Shown here one piece after another: positions 24,021-35,030 of a DNA stretch of 36,043 bases. Source of the stretch: Octopus sinensis (Eukaryota). The DNA is taken from NCBI RefSeq assembly GCF_006345805.1, contig NW_021826234.1, positions 1-36,043 on the forward strand, given 5' to 3'. Position 1 is the first letter of the stretch; each line of letters starts with the position of its first letter. Under the pieces are notes generated by a model, which saw nothing but the letters and a program-made list of their open reading frames with translations, searched no databases and was not told the origin of the DNA. The translations under genes and the position numbers were made by a program.

Positions 24021-25464
24021 AAAAATGAAAGTATTTCCATAAAAAAATATAATTTAAAAACTTGTATTAATAAATATTTTTATTTTAAAATATTTTAAAT
24101 TTTTGTTTTGGTGTAAATGTCAGCTACTTTAGAAAGGATAATTACTATAGAAACGAATAGATAGGCAGTTTCCGCGCAATATCGCGGGCGAAATGCGTTG
24201 AAAAAGCCAGCTAGATTCACGTCTCTCGTGACTCTTCTTCGAGATCATCAAACCGATCTCCGAAATTTATATTCTGTTTAAACTTTCAATTTTCATCATA
24301 AAAATAAGTATTAATTTAAATAATAAAAATAAATATTTGATGTGCTTTTGATACTGGTTTTTTCAATTTTCCAATTACTAATTCTTACTTCTTTGGTTTT
24401 TTTTTATTTGGACTTTTATTAATATTATTTTATGAATTGATGATTTAATATATTTTTATTTTTAAACAAGTTTTTTTATTTTAACAGAAATTTGTCTTTT
24501 GAAGTAAATTCAAGATATTTTTCCAAATTTTATTAGTTTAAGATTCCTAAAATCATAGGGGTGGACAATAAGCTATTAATTCATAATGTATTTATTCATT
24601 AAATCAGAGAGTAAACTAACCTATTTGTTATTTATTCTGACTTTATTAATAAGCCTGATATCAAGAAACAAACCGGCATTTTAGACGACTCCTAGAGATC
24701 TATACAAAACGCTAATTAAAAAAATTCACAAATCAACTATTTTATTTGCTTATTATGTACTAAAAATTCCAAATAACCTAACAATTATACGTCTTTAAAA
24801 ATTTTTATTGATGGAAATCTAAAAATTATGTTTTATTAATTGATGATTTAAAACTTTTTGCTGTGGAGTAGGAAACGTGAAAAATGTAGAATGTGAATAT
24901 TTACTTTAGACTAGCTGGATTAGAGAATCATTTTGAGAAATCAGCAAAAAATTTTTATTTATTAAGGTATAGTGTTCCATTAGAGGATGGACTAAATAGC
25001 CATCGTTATTTGGAAGTTTTAGAAGGCGGATGCAGTAAATAATTTAAATTGGATTTACTTCAATATAATCTACTAATTTAAGTTTTTTTAGAATCTTCTA
25101 AAACATTTAGATTTTAGGGGGGGAGGATGAATACATATGATGTGCTTGCCATCGACTTATCATTATATAAGTTCACAAATTTTCTTATTTGCGATATCTT
25201 ATAAATAGTATTAAGTTAGCCAATTTTTGTTTAATTTATAAATAATTGTGATTTATTTACGGACTTGATATTAGTGTCCAGTGATTGGTCCAAAATGCTC
25301 GAGAGGTGAAATATTTGTACATCCAGGATTAAAAAATATTGTTTTCATCACGCCTCGAAATATACGTGCAAAGTAATATATATTAACAAAAAACAGTTTA
25401 ATAAATATATCAATTTAATGTCTAACCAATGAGTTATTTACAATAAAATATGACCTAAATTATA

Positions 25465-26300
25465 ATGGTGACACTTGTCCTATTTTTTGTTTGCTTTGTG
25501 ATACAACAAGACTGTGATTTGACAGGAGGGTAATTGAAGAATTGCTTATTTTAAAAGATTTCTTAATTTATACAACTGTATTTTCAATCGAGTAAATGCC
25601 TCGGGAGATTCAACATTTATTTACATTAAGAGAAATGTTACATTTCCTAATGGAGAAATATTCTCCCATCTAGAAAATTTGAAAAACTTGTAATCAATAT
25701 TTTATTAATACTAGTAAGTGTGTTGGAGACTCGCTAAAGAAAATACTAAACAACTCATTTGATGGGTTGGATAAATTATACTATATGTATATTTAAATAT
25801 TTCGAATTATTAGAAATCTGTATGACTGTGATAATCTTCGTTACGTAAATGTAGATAGTTTTGCACGTCTATCCGCATTATCACAACTGTACAAATCTTA
25901 TTCTAACATTAAAGTCACATGCCATCAAAAACAATCTTTCAGTCGCCAAAAATCAGTCGTCCTGTCAGGCTTTAGTATTTTAAATTACTGACTGTGTAGT
26001 TTTTATAAAGACCAGAAAATGTGCATGTTCACAAACGGGTCCCAACCCACACTGTATACTTTGTTATTCTCATATAAGAATTACGACAGTGATTAATGTA
26101 ACAAATATCTTATTAGCCGACAACAGTGTGGAAATAAAATTAGATCAAAATCAAAAGACAACACTAACTATGAAAGAAGAATTTGGTGTGTTTTTATACT
26201 CACATTAGATTGCAACTTCTATGACCACCCGATCCCAAATAATATGATCTGCACAAGTGAATTTAACAGAAAAAATATTCTAACGGTATTCATTAACTAA
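25465..26300 (+). CDS. Secreted leucine-rich repeat protein, 8 exons, apparently intact (absent from ORF track)
   Basis: Seven GT-AG introns: 25530-25557, 25690-25714, 25787-25813, 25889-25914, 25975-25999, 26054-26078, 26186-26208. Removing them gives one open frame: signal peptide MVTLVLFFVCFVIQQ, LRRs FSHLENLKNFKCVGDSLKKILNNSFDGLDKLYYINLYDCDNLRYVNVDSFARLSALSQLHM, and TAA at 26298-26300. Confidence 0.85.
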
Positions 26301-26627
26301 CCTAATTATTTATTCTGATATTTCTTGTTTCCGCTTTTCTTTATTGTTACATGCACTAGTCAGAATTAAAGGCAAACTTGCACAAGTGATGCAATTGCTA
26401 TTAACTTCATTTAAGTAGTATTGTTTAAACACAATTTTGGAAAGGGTCACCGGCGACCAATCCGAGTACCGGTATCCTGCCAAAAGACTATGGCCGCAAG
26501 GATAGATGAGTGTTGCCGTTGACCTGACCATTAGCCTTTTGATTACTTTCCTGGCAATCATCTAATTTTGTTTTTGTCTTTCACTCAAAATTCGAATATC
26601 ACTTATTAACTAACCTAATTATTTATT
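26292..26627. other. 290-bp insert bracketed by a perfect 23-bp direct repeat
   Basis: ATTAACTAACCTAATTATTTATT at 26292-26314 and 26605-26627. Confidence 0.75.
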
Positions 26628-27069
26628 TTAATATTGTCAAAAATTCATGATCTCTAAATGTTGTTGGTTTTTGTGGTTAGACGGCAATGACTGTGATTCT
26701 ACTTAGCACTTTGAATTTCTTTGATTATTTTTAGATCCGAAGCTTGCAGTTTCACAAAACCCATTTTGCACGCTTAAAAAAAATAATTAAAAATATTAAC
26801 TATTAATATTTTAATTAATTAAAAAATGCATTTTCAATCAATTATTTATAGAATTTGCTATCTCTAGTGTCCATTCAACGGCGTGTCCATTCTATGGACG
26901 TTCTCATTATATAATAAGTTTTATTTTTTTATTATTAATAATTTTTTCCAATGAAAAGTTTGTTGCATTTTAAGCATTGACCTCGCAGCCTTGGAATGTG
27001 ACATTTAATATTGTTTTTATAATTGTTTAATTTCTATAATTGTATAGTTGATCACAATCCCACATTACT

Positions 27070-27271
27070 TAATAATAATAAATATGATAATCCGGGACAT
27101 TCCGAGACACATTATTTTAGGACAAGTATCCATTATCGTTGACCAGATTGGGTCGAGTTCCGCTAGAGCCATGCATCGAGTAATCACCATGTGAATCGGA
27201 GCCCCGAGACGGAATAGAACCAAGAACCTCTCAGTGTGATACTAACGCGGTAACCAATCCACTATAGGAGT
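27070..27271 (-). mobile_element. tRNA-derived SINE (tRNA-Val(CAC)-like head)
   Basis: Minus strand CTCCTATAGTGGATTGGTTACCGCGTTAGTATCACACTGAGAGGTTCTTGGTTCTATTCCG: A-box and B-box-like motifs at tRNA spacing, TCACAC at the anticodon position, unrelated body, (TTA)n tail. Confidence 0.65.
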
Positions 27272-27499
27272 AAAAATCGAATGAAATGCCTAAGCAGAAG
27301 TATTATGAAAAAGCGTTTGCGGTGTTTAATTTTGTACAAAAAATAATTTTAAGTGTCTCGTTAAAAATATCTTATTTAAAGTGTTCGGATCCCACAGTGT
27401 TTTTATTTCTGGACATTTTTATATAACATTCCTTCCCGTAGTAACGAGACCAACTATTTCAAGTTTATATACATGGACTACCAAATAGAAACTTAAACC

Positions 27500-27850
27500 A
27501 CAATAATTATTGTCTAAACTTAACCAAATCGAAAACAAGTGTTCAGAAGTGCTTATTTCTGCTGAAACCGATTAGAAACAGCTTTGGTATTGATAACAGT
27601 TAGTATTGGCAGTAATACAGTTAAAGACAGGATACGGGATGTCGAGGAGTTGTCTAAAATCGTCTCTGACTATGATCTCCAGTGGAAATTAAGGAACACG
27701 AACACATTTTTGAAACAATAATCAAGAATTTTGGAAAGCAGTGGCCTCTAGAAGGCCAAAAAACGCTTCAAAGAGTCAAACGAAATTATTGACGCACTGA
27801 AGGAGTAAATTGTTTCCAATTTGTCTAACATCGAAACCATTTGTCCATAA
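27500..27850 (+). pseudogene. Decayed coiled-coil-like coding fragment, unidentified
   Basis: LLSKLNQIENKCSEVLISAETD* and KDRIRDVEELSKIVSDYDLQWKLRN with in-frame stops and a candidate 22-nt intron. Confidence 0.3.
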
Positions 27851-28129
27851 TTGGATAGTGATAATAAGTCGGTTAATTTGAAATTTTTGCTAATTTACTT
27901 ACCCAACAAAATCAAACCATTTAATCAGACTATTAAAAGTCCAAAAAGGAAACATCAGCTAAAGAGATTGAGTAAACTATCACAGCAGAGAGAGGAAACG
28001 ACTGTTATTAAAATTATCATAAAAATCCTGCAGAAACCTTATTTCAATTTTATTTTTAAAGTAAAGTAACCAATCGTAAACCCATTTATAAAAATAAAAT
28101 TCTCAATTTATAATGTACGAATTATGGAG

Positions 28130-28420
28130 ATTTTTCTGTAATTTCCTTCGAAGATCTCTCCAGTTGTTTCAGATTTTATTATGATTTATCCGGATGCTAG
28201 AATTTCCACCACTTCGTAGATGTTTACGTCGATGTGTTCGTTCAAATTCCTTTTTTTGGTGTGTATATTGGAATCCACAAAGACTTGTCGTAGTACTTTA
28301 ATTTCAACTTCATATACATCAACATCGTTAGCCAATTTTCTTCTCTTAACCATTTTTTCCGCTGCCTTGTCGGACCATTGTATCGCCACACAACGATCTT
28401 CGTCTCTGACTTTAACGATT
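28130..28420 (-). pseudogene. Third Ginger-like integrase remnant (C-terminal region)
   Basis: VAIQWSDKAAEKMVK resembles KAVQYSDAAEEKMLN in the 1458-2950 element. Confidence 0.45.
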
Positions 28421-29397
28421 TAAATCGTTTTAATTTAAATCGTCTGGCGGTCTTCCGAAAATTTCTTTTCGATTGAGAACAAAATTATTAAGACTACTTG
28501 GAATAGGATTAAAAAATAAATATGTCGAATAAAAAATAAATGAAATTAATAAAAATAAAAATGAAATTAATAAAAATAAATGGTAGAATAGACAAACTGT
28601 TTCCCCAAAAAATATTATAAAATTAAAGTCTTTGTATCTTAATAGTTTTATGCAAAGATTAAAGATCTTTTATTTAAATTTATTATTACACATTTCGTAT
28701 AAAAATTTTGGTTATTACTGAATCTAAAATTTCTGTCATTTTGAAGCTTGAATCATTAATGTAATTATTAGTGACTATATCGGGATTTTAAATTAAAGAA
28801 AATAAATTTAAAATCCAATTCTTAAAAAAGCTTTTTCGAAATTCTCAAATATGTTTGAATAATATCAAATGCAATTTTTTCATAGTCAAGATTTCAATAA
28901 TTTACAAATCAGCATCTTCGCAACGTTTGAGATAAATAAGTATTTTCGTTTCTCTTTAAATTTTTTGGATAGTTATTTCTCCTTTCCCAGTCATATATTC
29001 AACAATTTTTTTAGGAAATCTAACATATTCAATGAAGTGGTGATCGTTGGTAAACTTTTTGAAAAAATATCAATGAAATATTCTCTTTGAGTGTTTTATT
29101 GCACTTGCGGCAGTTTTTCACGATAATATTCAAACCACTATTGTTCTATTTACTTTCTGTAGTTCTTTTTTTTATACTATCAGAAGTAATAATCATTCAA
29201 TTTTATTTTAAGAATTTTTTTACAGAAAAATTACCAATGTTATATTTGATAAAAAGTTTATTCAACTTAGTCTTAATTGGAAAATTTTTTTTAATATTTG
29301 ATTTTAATAAAAATATGTATTTGTCCAAAAAAATTAATTGTTAGTTATATAGAATTTTTCCTAAGACTAGGAGTGAATAATTATTTAAGACATGGCT

Positions 29398-30649
29398 CTA
29401 TCTAATATTCAGTGATTTTTTATTTGTGATATCAAGGGCGATTGTCCTTGGCCGCATTCATTTCCATTAACATCGTCAAAATCTAAAGTCCACACAAACA
29501 TCCCTGCTAGTCCATTATCTTTCACATATTTTGCCTACAAGGTAAAGCAAAATTTATTTCTCTTTTCTTTAATACTTCTGATACTTTCATATCACAACCA
29601 ATGATAGTCCTTAACTCCATGAGAAGCTTTTTGCTTATCGTCCCAAACTTCATTATAACCTTGATTAGAATACTAAAAATTTTTTTAGATAAAAAGTATC
29701 TTTATATATGCTAGAATTCCCGATTCTTTTGTTATTGGTCCTTCGCTAGGTCCCCCAACGATTTATCTCCAATTTTTGGATTTTTTGATTTAGTTTTGAA
29801 TCCTTGTCCGTAGGTTGGTAACCCGATGAGTAGTTTTGACTTTGGAGCACCGTGCTTAGACCAATATCTGACTACATAATCCTGTAAATTTAGAGTTTAT
29901 TTAATCTGAGTACCGTGTTGAAAGTATCAGCATCGTTTATTCCATATAATCCTGTATGATGGCCAACAGTGTTCGAAAATTGACCGTAAAAATCATAAGT
30001 CATTAAGTTGATGTAATCAAGGTATCTAATTGTCAAAATGTAAATATTTAACCTAGAAATTTCTTTTATTTCATATGAAACCTGAATTGTCGAAACTCCT
30101 GCTGAAACAGCTGCTGTCAACAAATATCTTTTTGAGCCTTTTTGAAATTCTGTGCTCATAGTTTTCAAAAGTCGACTGTACGCTTGTTTTTGATTGTGAG
30201 GAAATTCCCAATCAATGTCAAATCCGTCAAAATTGTATTTCTTTAAAAAGTCTTTTGTATTTTTAGCAAATGTTTTTGCATTAGAGTCGCTTCTTGATAC
30301 AATCGTAAATTCATTGAGCAGTGTGTTCCACCCTCCGACAGAAAGCAGGATTTTCAAACGAGGATTCAAACGTTTAAGAGAAGTGATTCTATGAAAATCG
30401 TTATATTGACCTAATATAGATGTAAAAAATTACCTCCAGGCAAGTCAGACCAATTGTCATTTGAAATAATAGAAAGATTATTTACATCAATGGTGCAGAA
30501 TGCATATATTATATGCGTACAGAGGTTTGCTAAATGGCTGTCATCAAATTCAAACCCCCCTGGCCTGTATTTCGCCCAATTTGTATAATAGCAGAATAAT
30601 ACTGTAATAATTATTCATTTTTTATACTACCTTTAGATTCCACTGACAT
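29398..30649 (-). pseudogene. GH18 chitinase with intact 5' half and damaged 3' half
   Basis: CYYTNWAKYR, CTHIIYAF, LLSVGGW, catalytic DGFDIDWEFP, INLMTYD, WTLDFDD. Introns 30602-30630, 30411-30433, 30026-30052, 29882-29913. Frameshift at 29752-29756, TGA at 29592-29594, two expected introns lacking GT. No signal peptide or chitin-binding domain seen. Confidence 0.9.
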
Positions 30650-31004
30650 AAAAAATGTGTTAAGTCAATTTTTAGGATTTGAACATAAATAAAAAAATCG
30701 ACTTTTTTAACTAACAAAAACACCAATTAATTAGAAAATATTTAGTAATCAACCACATAATGAATATAAAATTATCCTAATGGAACTAGAAGTCTTTGAT
30801 TTAAGGCTGCCGAAATATAAAAGATTTACAGACTAGCAAATTAGCGTTCATTTTTTACTGGCCATGAAAATCCTTCGGAAAAGTCCGAGTAAAAGTGAGA
30901 ATTGTTATCAAAAAGCCGTGGTACACTAGTTTAAATTTAAGCTTGCTTATGTGAAGATTTTTATCGCATAAGGATATTTCTAAAATATCGATTTATACAT
31001 ATAA

Positions 31005-32390
31005 TTTATTTATTTACCCCCGGCCCCTTCAGTTGAAGGAAACGGGTGGCTAACAAGAACGAAATTGTCAATGTCGGACGCTCCCAAAGATCCCCGATCG
31101 CGATCCGGCGTTTTGAGGAAGCAGAAGATGTGCCTGGACACGTGAAAAGGTCACTGAGAGAGTGAGAATGCGTGGATTTAGCAAGGCTTATTCTTCGACG
31201 ATAATTGCGTAGCCATGTATAATGGCCACAACGGAAACGGGCCAAGTTCATTCGGGCTTCTCTCGAGAGGGAGGATTTTTTGTTGTTTATTGGTGGCGGA
31301 AAGCGTCCCAGAAGCTTGTTTATTCCAAGACATCTGATTGCCTTCGTAGCTACCGAGTCGTGAATTCTCTTCTGGTTATTGTCCGGAGGAAATGGTTTAA
31401 GCATGCGGATTTTGTCCGCGAGAGTCGGAATTATTTTCCTGTTATTAGAGGAGTGCCAGAGAAAGTAGGCGGGGTGATTTGGCGTTCGGAATTTTTCAAG
31501 AAATTGTAGCCCGAGCATTTCAAAATGGTCTCTGATAGGAAGGATTTTCGATTCCCAATGTAAGTGGTCAGTATATGTCGTTTTTAGACAGCCCGTAATA
31601 ATTCGTAATGCTGAATTTTGAGTTCTCTGAAGTGGAGTTTTTCAAGGTTTGCATTAGATAAGCAGGAGCCCCAAACAGGGACAGCGTAGTTCATAGTTGT
31701 CCTGATAAACTGCTTGTATACAGTTACTAGACTCTCCTTATCCTGCCCAAATGACGTCCCCGCAATAGCTCGAAGCACATTGAGTTTTTTCTGGGATTTT
31801 TTACAGATGTATGAAACATGTTTCTTTGAGGAGGATTATGATTATTAAACCCATCCGGAATGAATTGTGTCAGTCTTGAGAGATGGGTGGAAGTAGAATG
31901 CAAAAAACGAAAGCCGTGTTGAGATTCAGCAAATGGGAGGAAAGGTTTTATGATGCTCAGTACTACCCGTTCTGTTATTTTTGAAACCACTGAAATCAAA
32001 AAGATAGGTCGAAAAGAAGAAAGGTCAGAGGTATCTCGATTTGGTTTTGGAATAGGAATGATGGTAGATTTTTTCCAAAGAATAGGAACCAAACCATGGT
32101 TGATCGAGTATTCGATTAAATTAGTCAGAGCCAGAAAGCCATTTGGACCCAGATTTTTTAAATGGTGGATGTCAAGACCATCCGGACCTCTGCGTTAGAA
32201 TTCCACGAGTTAACAACAAGCTGCTTGGTAAGTGATTCTGGGATGTTAATAAAGTGTCTAGAATTGACATTGGAATTATAATCAGATTTTCTTATGAAAC
32301 GGAGATCCTTTGGGGTAGGAAGGTGACTGTTTTTGACGAATTAAGGTGTTACCTGCATATAAGATCCAACTAAATTGTAAATCTTGCAAA
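31005..32390 (-). mobile_element. Jockey/I-like LINE remnant, 5'-truncated and internally deleted
   Basis: GPDGL, WKKSTIIPIPKP, SFRPI, QHGFR, YKQFIR..NYAVPVW and LARFRCGH motifs in broken frames. (TAAA)n tail at about 31005-31017. YADD core missing. Confidence 0.85.
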
Positions 32391-32519
32391 TAAAAAAAAC
32401 ATAAAGTCGTTTTGCATTATCAGCAATGTGCAAGACAAAAAAACTTGAAAAATTTTAAAATTAAAATAGTTAGTTATGAGCAATTTTTTGGTGGTTCACA
32501 TCCTCAATCTTCGGCGAAT

Positions 32520-32815
32520 AAAAAAGACAAAAAAATACGAATTTATTCTGAAAAATATTTGAACTATGGATTTACATAGAATGGAGATTGTGCATTGCCA
32601 CTACCAAGGTATATTGTATGCAGTAAAATTCTTTCAAATGATGGGATGGTGCCGTCTAAGATGAAAAGGCATTTAGCCACTATGCACTTTTCTTTAAGAG
32701 ATAAAAAATCATCATATTTCAAGAACATGTTAAAATCCCAGGAGACTCAAAGTGCCACATTCGTTAAAACACTTCACGTTTCTCAAAGAGCTTTAGAAGC
32801 TAGTTACCTCGTTGC
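32520..32815 (+). pseudogene. hAT (Buster-type) transposase N-terminal BED fragment
   Basis: YSEKYLNYGF..LPRYIVCSKILSNDGMVPSKMKRHLATMH..ALEASYLVA. Confidence 0.8.
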
Positions 32816-33052
32816 CGATATTTTTTAATTGATTGTATTGCAATTAATACAGCTCCCAATTCCGCGATTATATGTCAAATTATTGATAACGTCATTCGCA
32901 AACTCAATGTTGATAGGAAAAATTTTTATTTACTTATTTCTGATGCTGCTTCATATATGGTTTCTTCTGGAAAAGTATTAAAGCAATTATATTCAAATCT
33001 ATTTCATGTCACTTGTGTGGCGCATTTCTTAATAATAAAATGGTATGGTGTG

Positions 33053-33091
<39 letters not shown>

Positions 33092-33129
33092 GTGTGCACA
33101 CCAACTTCAAATTGGCAAAGTAAAGATAA

Positions 33130-33600
33130 ATTCCCCCCAAAAAAAATTTTCTGCATTTTGGTTAAAATGAACAACTACGATGTCCTCGACTTACATGATG
33201 AGGTCCTTAAAACCTTCCCCCCAAAAAAAATTAAAAAAAAAATTTTCTGCATTTTGGTTAAAATGAACAACTACGATGTCCTCGACTTACATGATGAGGT
33301 CCTTAAAACCTTCCCCCCAAAAAAAATTAAAAAAAAATTTTCTGCATTTTGGTTAAAATGAACAACTACGATGTCCTCGACTTACATGATGAGGTCCTTA
33401 AAACCTTCCCCCCAAAAAAAATTAAAAAAAAATTTTCTGCATTTTGGTTAAAATGAACAACTACGATGTCCTCGACTTACATGATGAGGTCCTTAAAACC
33501 TTTCCGCCAAAAAATCAAAAAATTATTTTCTGCATTTGATTAAAATGAACAACGTTAATGTCCTCGACATTCATGATGAGGTCCATTAAAACCTTCGAGG
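33130..33600 (+). repeat. About 95-bp minisatellite, about 5 units, inside Helitron B
   Basis: Unit core GGTTAAAATGAACAACTACGATGTCCTCGACTTACATGATGAGGTCCTTAAAACC at about 33160, 33256, 33351, 33446, plus a diverged fifth unit. Diverged units also in Helitron A (about 5950-6100). Confidence 0.92.
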
Positions 33601-33952
33601 CAAAAATCTCACGTATTAAGAATATCCTTGATGAAAACGACAGCGAGAATATTAACAATGATGAACTCCCAATTATTCGCGATAAAGAAATTCAATTCAT
33701 TTTATGATTTTCTCTTTAAAATTAAATGCATATATCATTATTGACCATGAATCAAAATTAAAGCTATTATCATATTTGACTTTGACAGAATGTGCAATTA
33801 CAGATTGCACGACCTTGAATAGAGTGTGCAATTAACAGATTTTGAAAAACACTTTGATAGTTGAAACCACATTAGCACAATCATTAACACAATTTACCAC
33901 CAATTGACAGCGCAATCAGAAGAATTTGCGTAAAAATATTAACTATTTAGTT

Positions 33953-34180
33953 AAGTTTTTCGTAAAGATAGAATTTATTTTCGGTATGCCTCTTTTCCTA
34001 AACTTTTTTATTATTCAAAAATAATTTTTTCAATAGATAACCGAAGGAGGGAAGACGACCTTAAGAAAAGAAGTTTTTCGTAAAGATAGAATTTATTTTC
34101 TGTATGCCTCTTTTTTCCTAATATTTTTTATTATTCAAAAATAATTTTTTAAATAGATAACCGAAGGAGGAAAAACGAAG
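33953..34180 (+). repeat. About 118-bp tandem duplication inside Helitron B
   Basis: AAGTTTTTCGTAAAGATAGAATTTATTTTC...GATAACCGAAGGAGG at 33953 and 34071. Confidence 0.85.
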
Positions 34181-34260
34181 CTGAAGAAAAAACGGTCAGC
34201 TTAAGGTAATTAATTAAATCTTTTTTGTGTGTCGCTTTTTTGGCTGCTGCTACTCTGCCT

Positions 34261-34320
34261 GCCGCATTTCCGCTTGCCCCATCTCCGGCTGCCCCATTTC
34301 CGCCTGCCCCATTTCCGCCA
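34261..34320 (+). repeat. GC-rich 15-bp x4 repeat (GCCCCATTTCCGCCT)
   Basis: Direct reading. Confidence 0.85.
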
Positions 34321-34574
34321 GTGGTTTGTCTAATCAAGGTCACTAAGCTAAATCTCCGGACTATAAAGGCTTTTAAGCATTATCTTAATTGGCTGTTAAA
34401 AAAATTAGACAGGTTGTTGCCGTGGCGGCAGAGATTTTTTTTGTTTATACTATTTTACAAATTTTTAAAGTTTTTTTTTTGTTTTTTTTATTTTTTTGTT
34501 TTTAAATTATTTATTTTATATTTGTTTTTTTTATTTTTTTTGTTATTTTCTAAAAATTCAACCGGATTGAATTT

Positions 34575-35030
34575 TTAAACTCCTTAGATCCCTCTGGAAT
34601 GCGGAATCATCTTTTAAAGTTAAAGATAGGCGTTCCAGTGGTTTTATTACGAAATCTTGCGCCACCTAAATTATGCAACGGAACGAGGTTAGTTATCAAA
34701 AATTTGATGGCTAACGTAATAGAGGCGACGATATTAACAGGTAAGTATAGAGGTGAGGATGTTTATATTTCACGAATTCCGATAATTACTGATGAATTAC
34801 CATTTAGATTTAAAAGGCTGCAATTTCCTTTGAAGATGAGTTTTGCAATGACAATAAACAAGGCCCAGGGACAGTCATTAAAGGTAGTTGGGTTATTTTT
34901 AGAGAGTGAGTGCTTTTCACATGGACAGCTGTATGTGGGATGCTCGAGGGTAGGCAGAAGAGAAAATTTATTCATATATGCCAAGGAAGGACGGACGACA
35001 AACATCGTTTATCAACAGGCGATAGAATAG
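34575..35030 (+). pseudogene. Helitron PIF1-type helicase C-terminal fragment (second copy)
   Basis: 130/143 aa identical to the 6119-6580 fragment by manual alignment. Confidence 0.9.

Noticed and set aside
24150-24290. CpG-rich islet next to the CRE 5' end
   Set aside because: No inverted partner, ORF or RNA structure that I could support.
26865-26910. GTGTCCATTC direct repeat with hairpin and CTAG on the minus strand (Helitron 3'-like)
   Set aside because: CTAG is followed by A, not T, and no 5' terminus was found.
28869-29344. AT-rich ORFs of 73 and 85 aa
   Set aside because: F/I/K/N-biased chance ORFs with no motifs.
32957-33361. 134-aa ORF with internal repeats, and ORFs 34149-34343 and 34225-34578
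   Set aside because: Chimeric read-through from DUF659 into Helitron repeats, or low-complexity frames.
33130-33600. CRISPR-like appearance of the regular repeats
   Set aside because: Units are identical end to end with no unique spacers, there are no cas genes, and the context is a eukaryotic Helitron.
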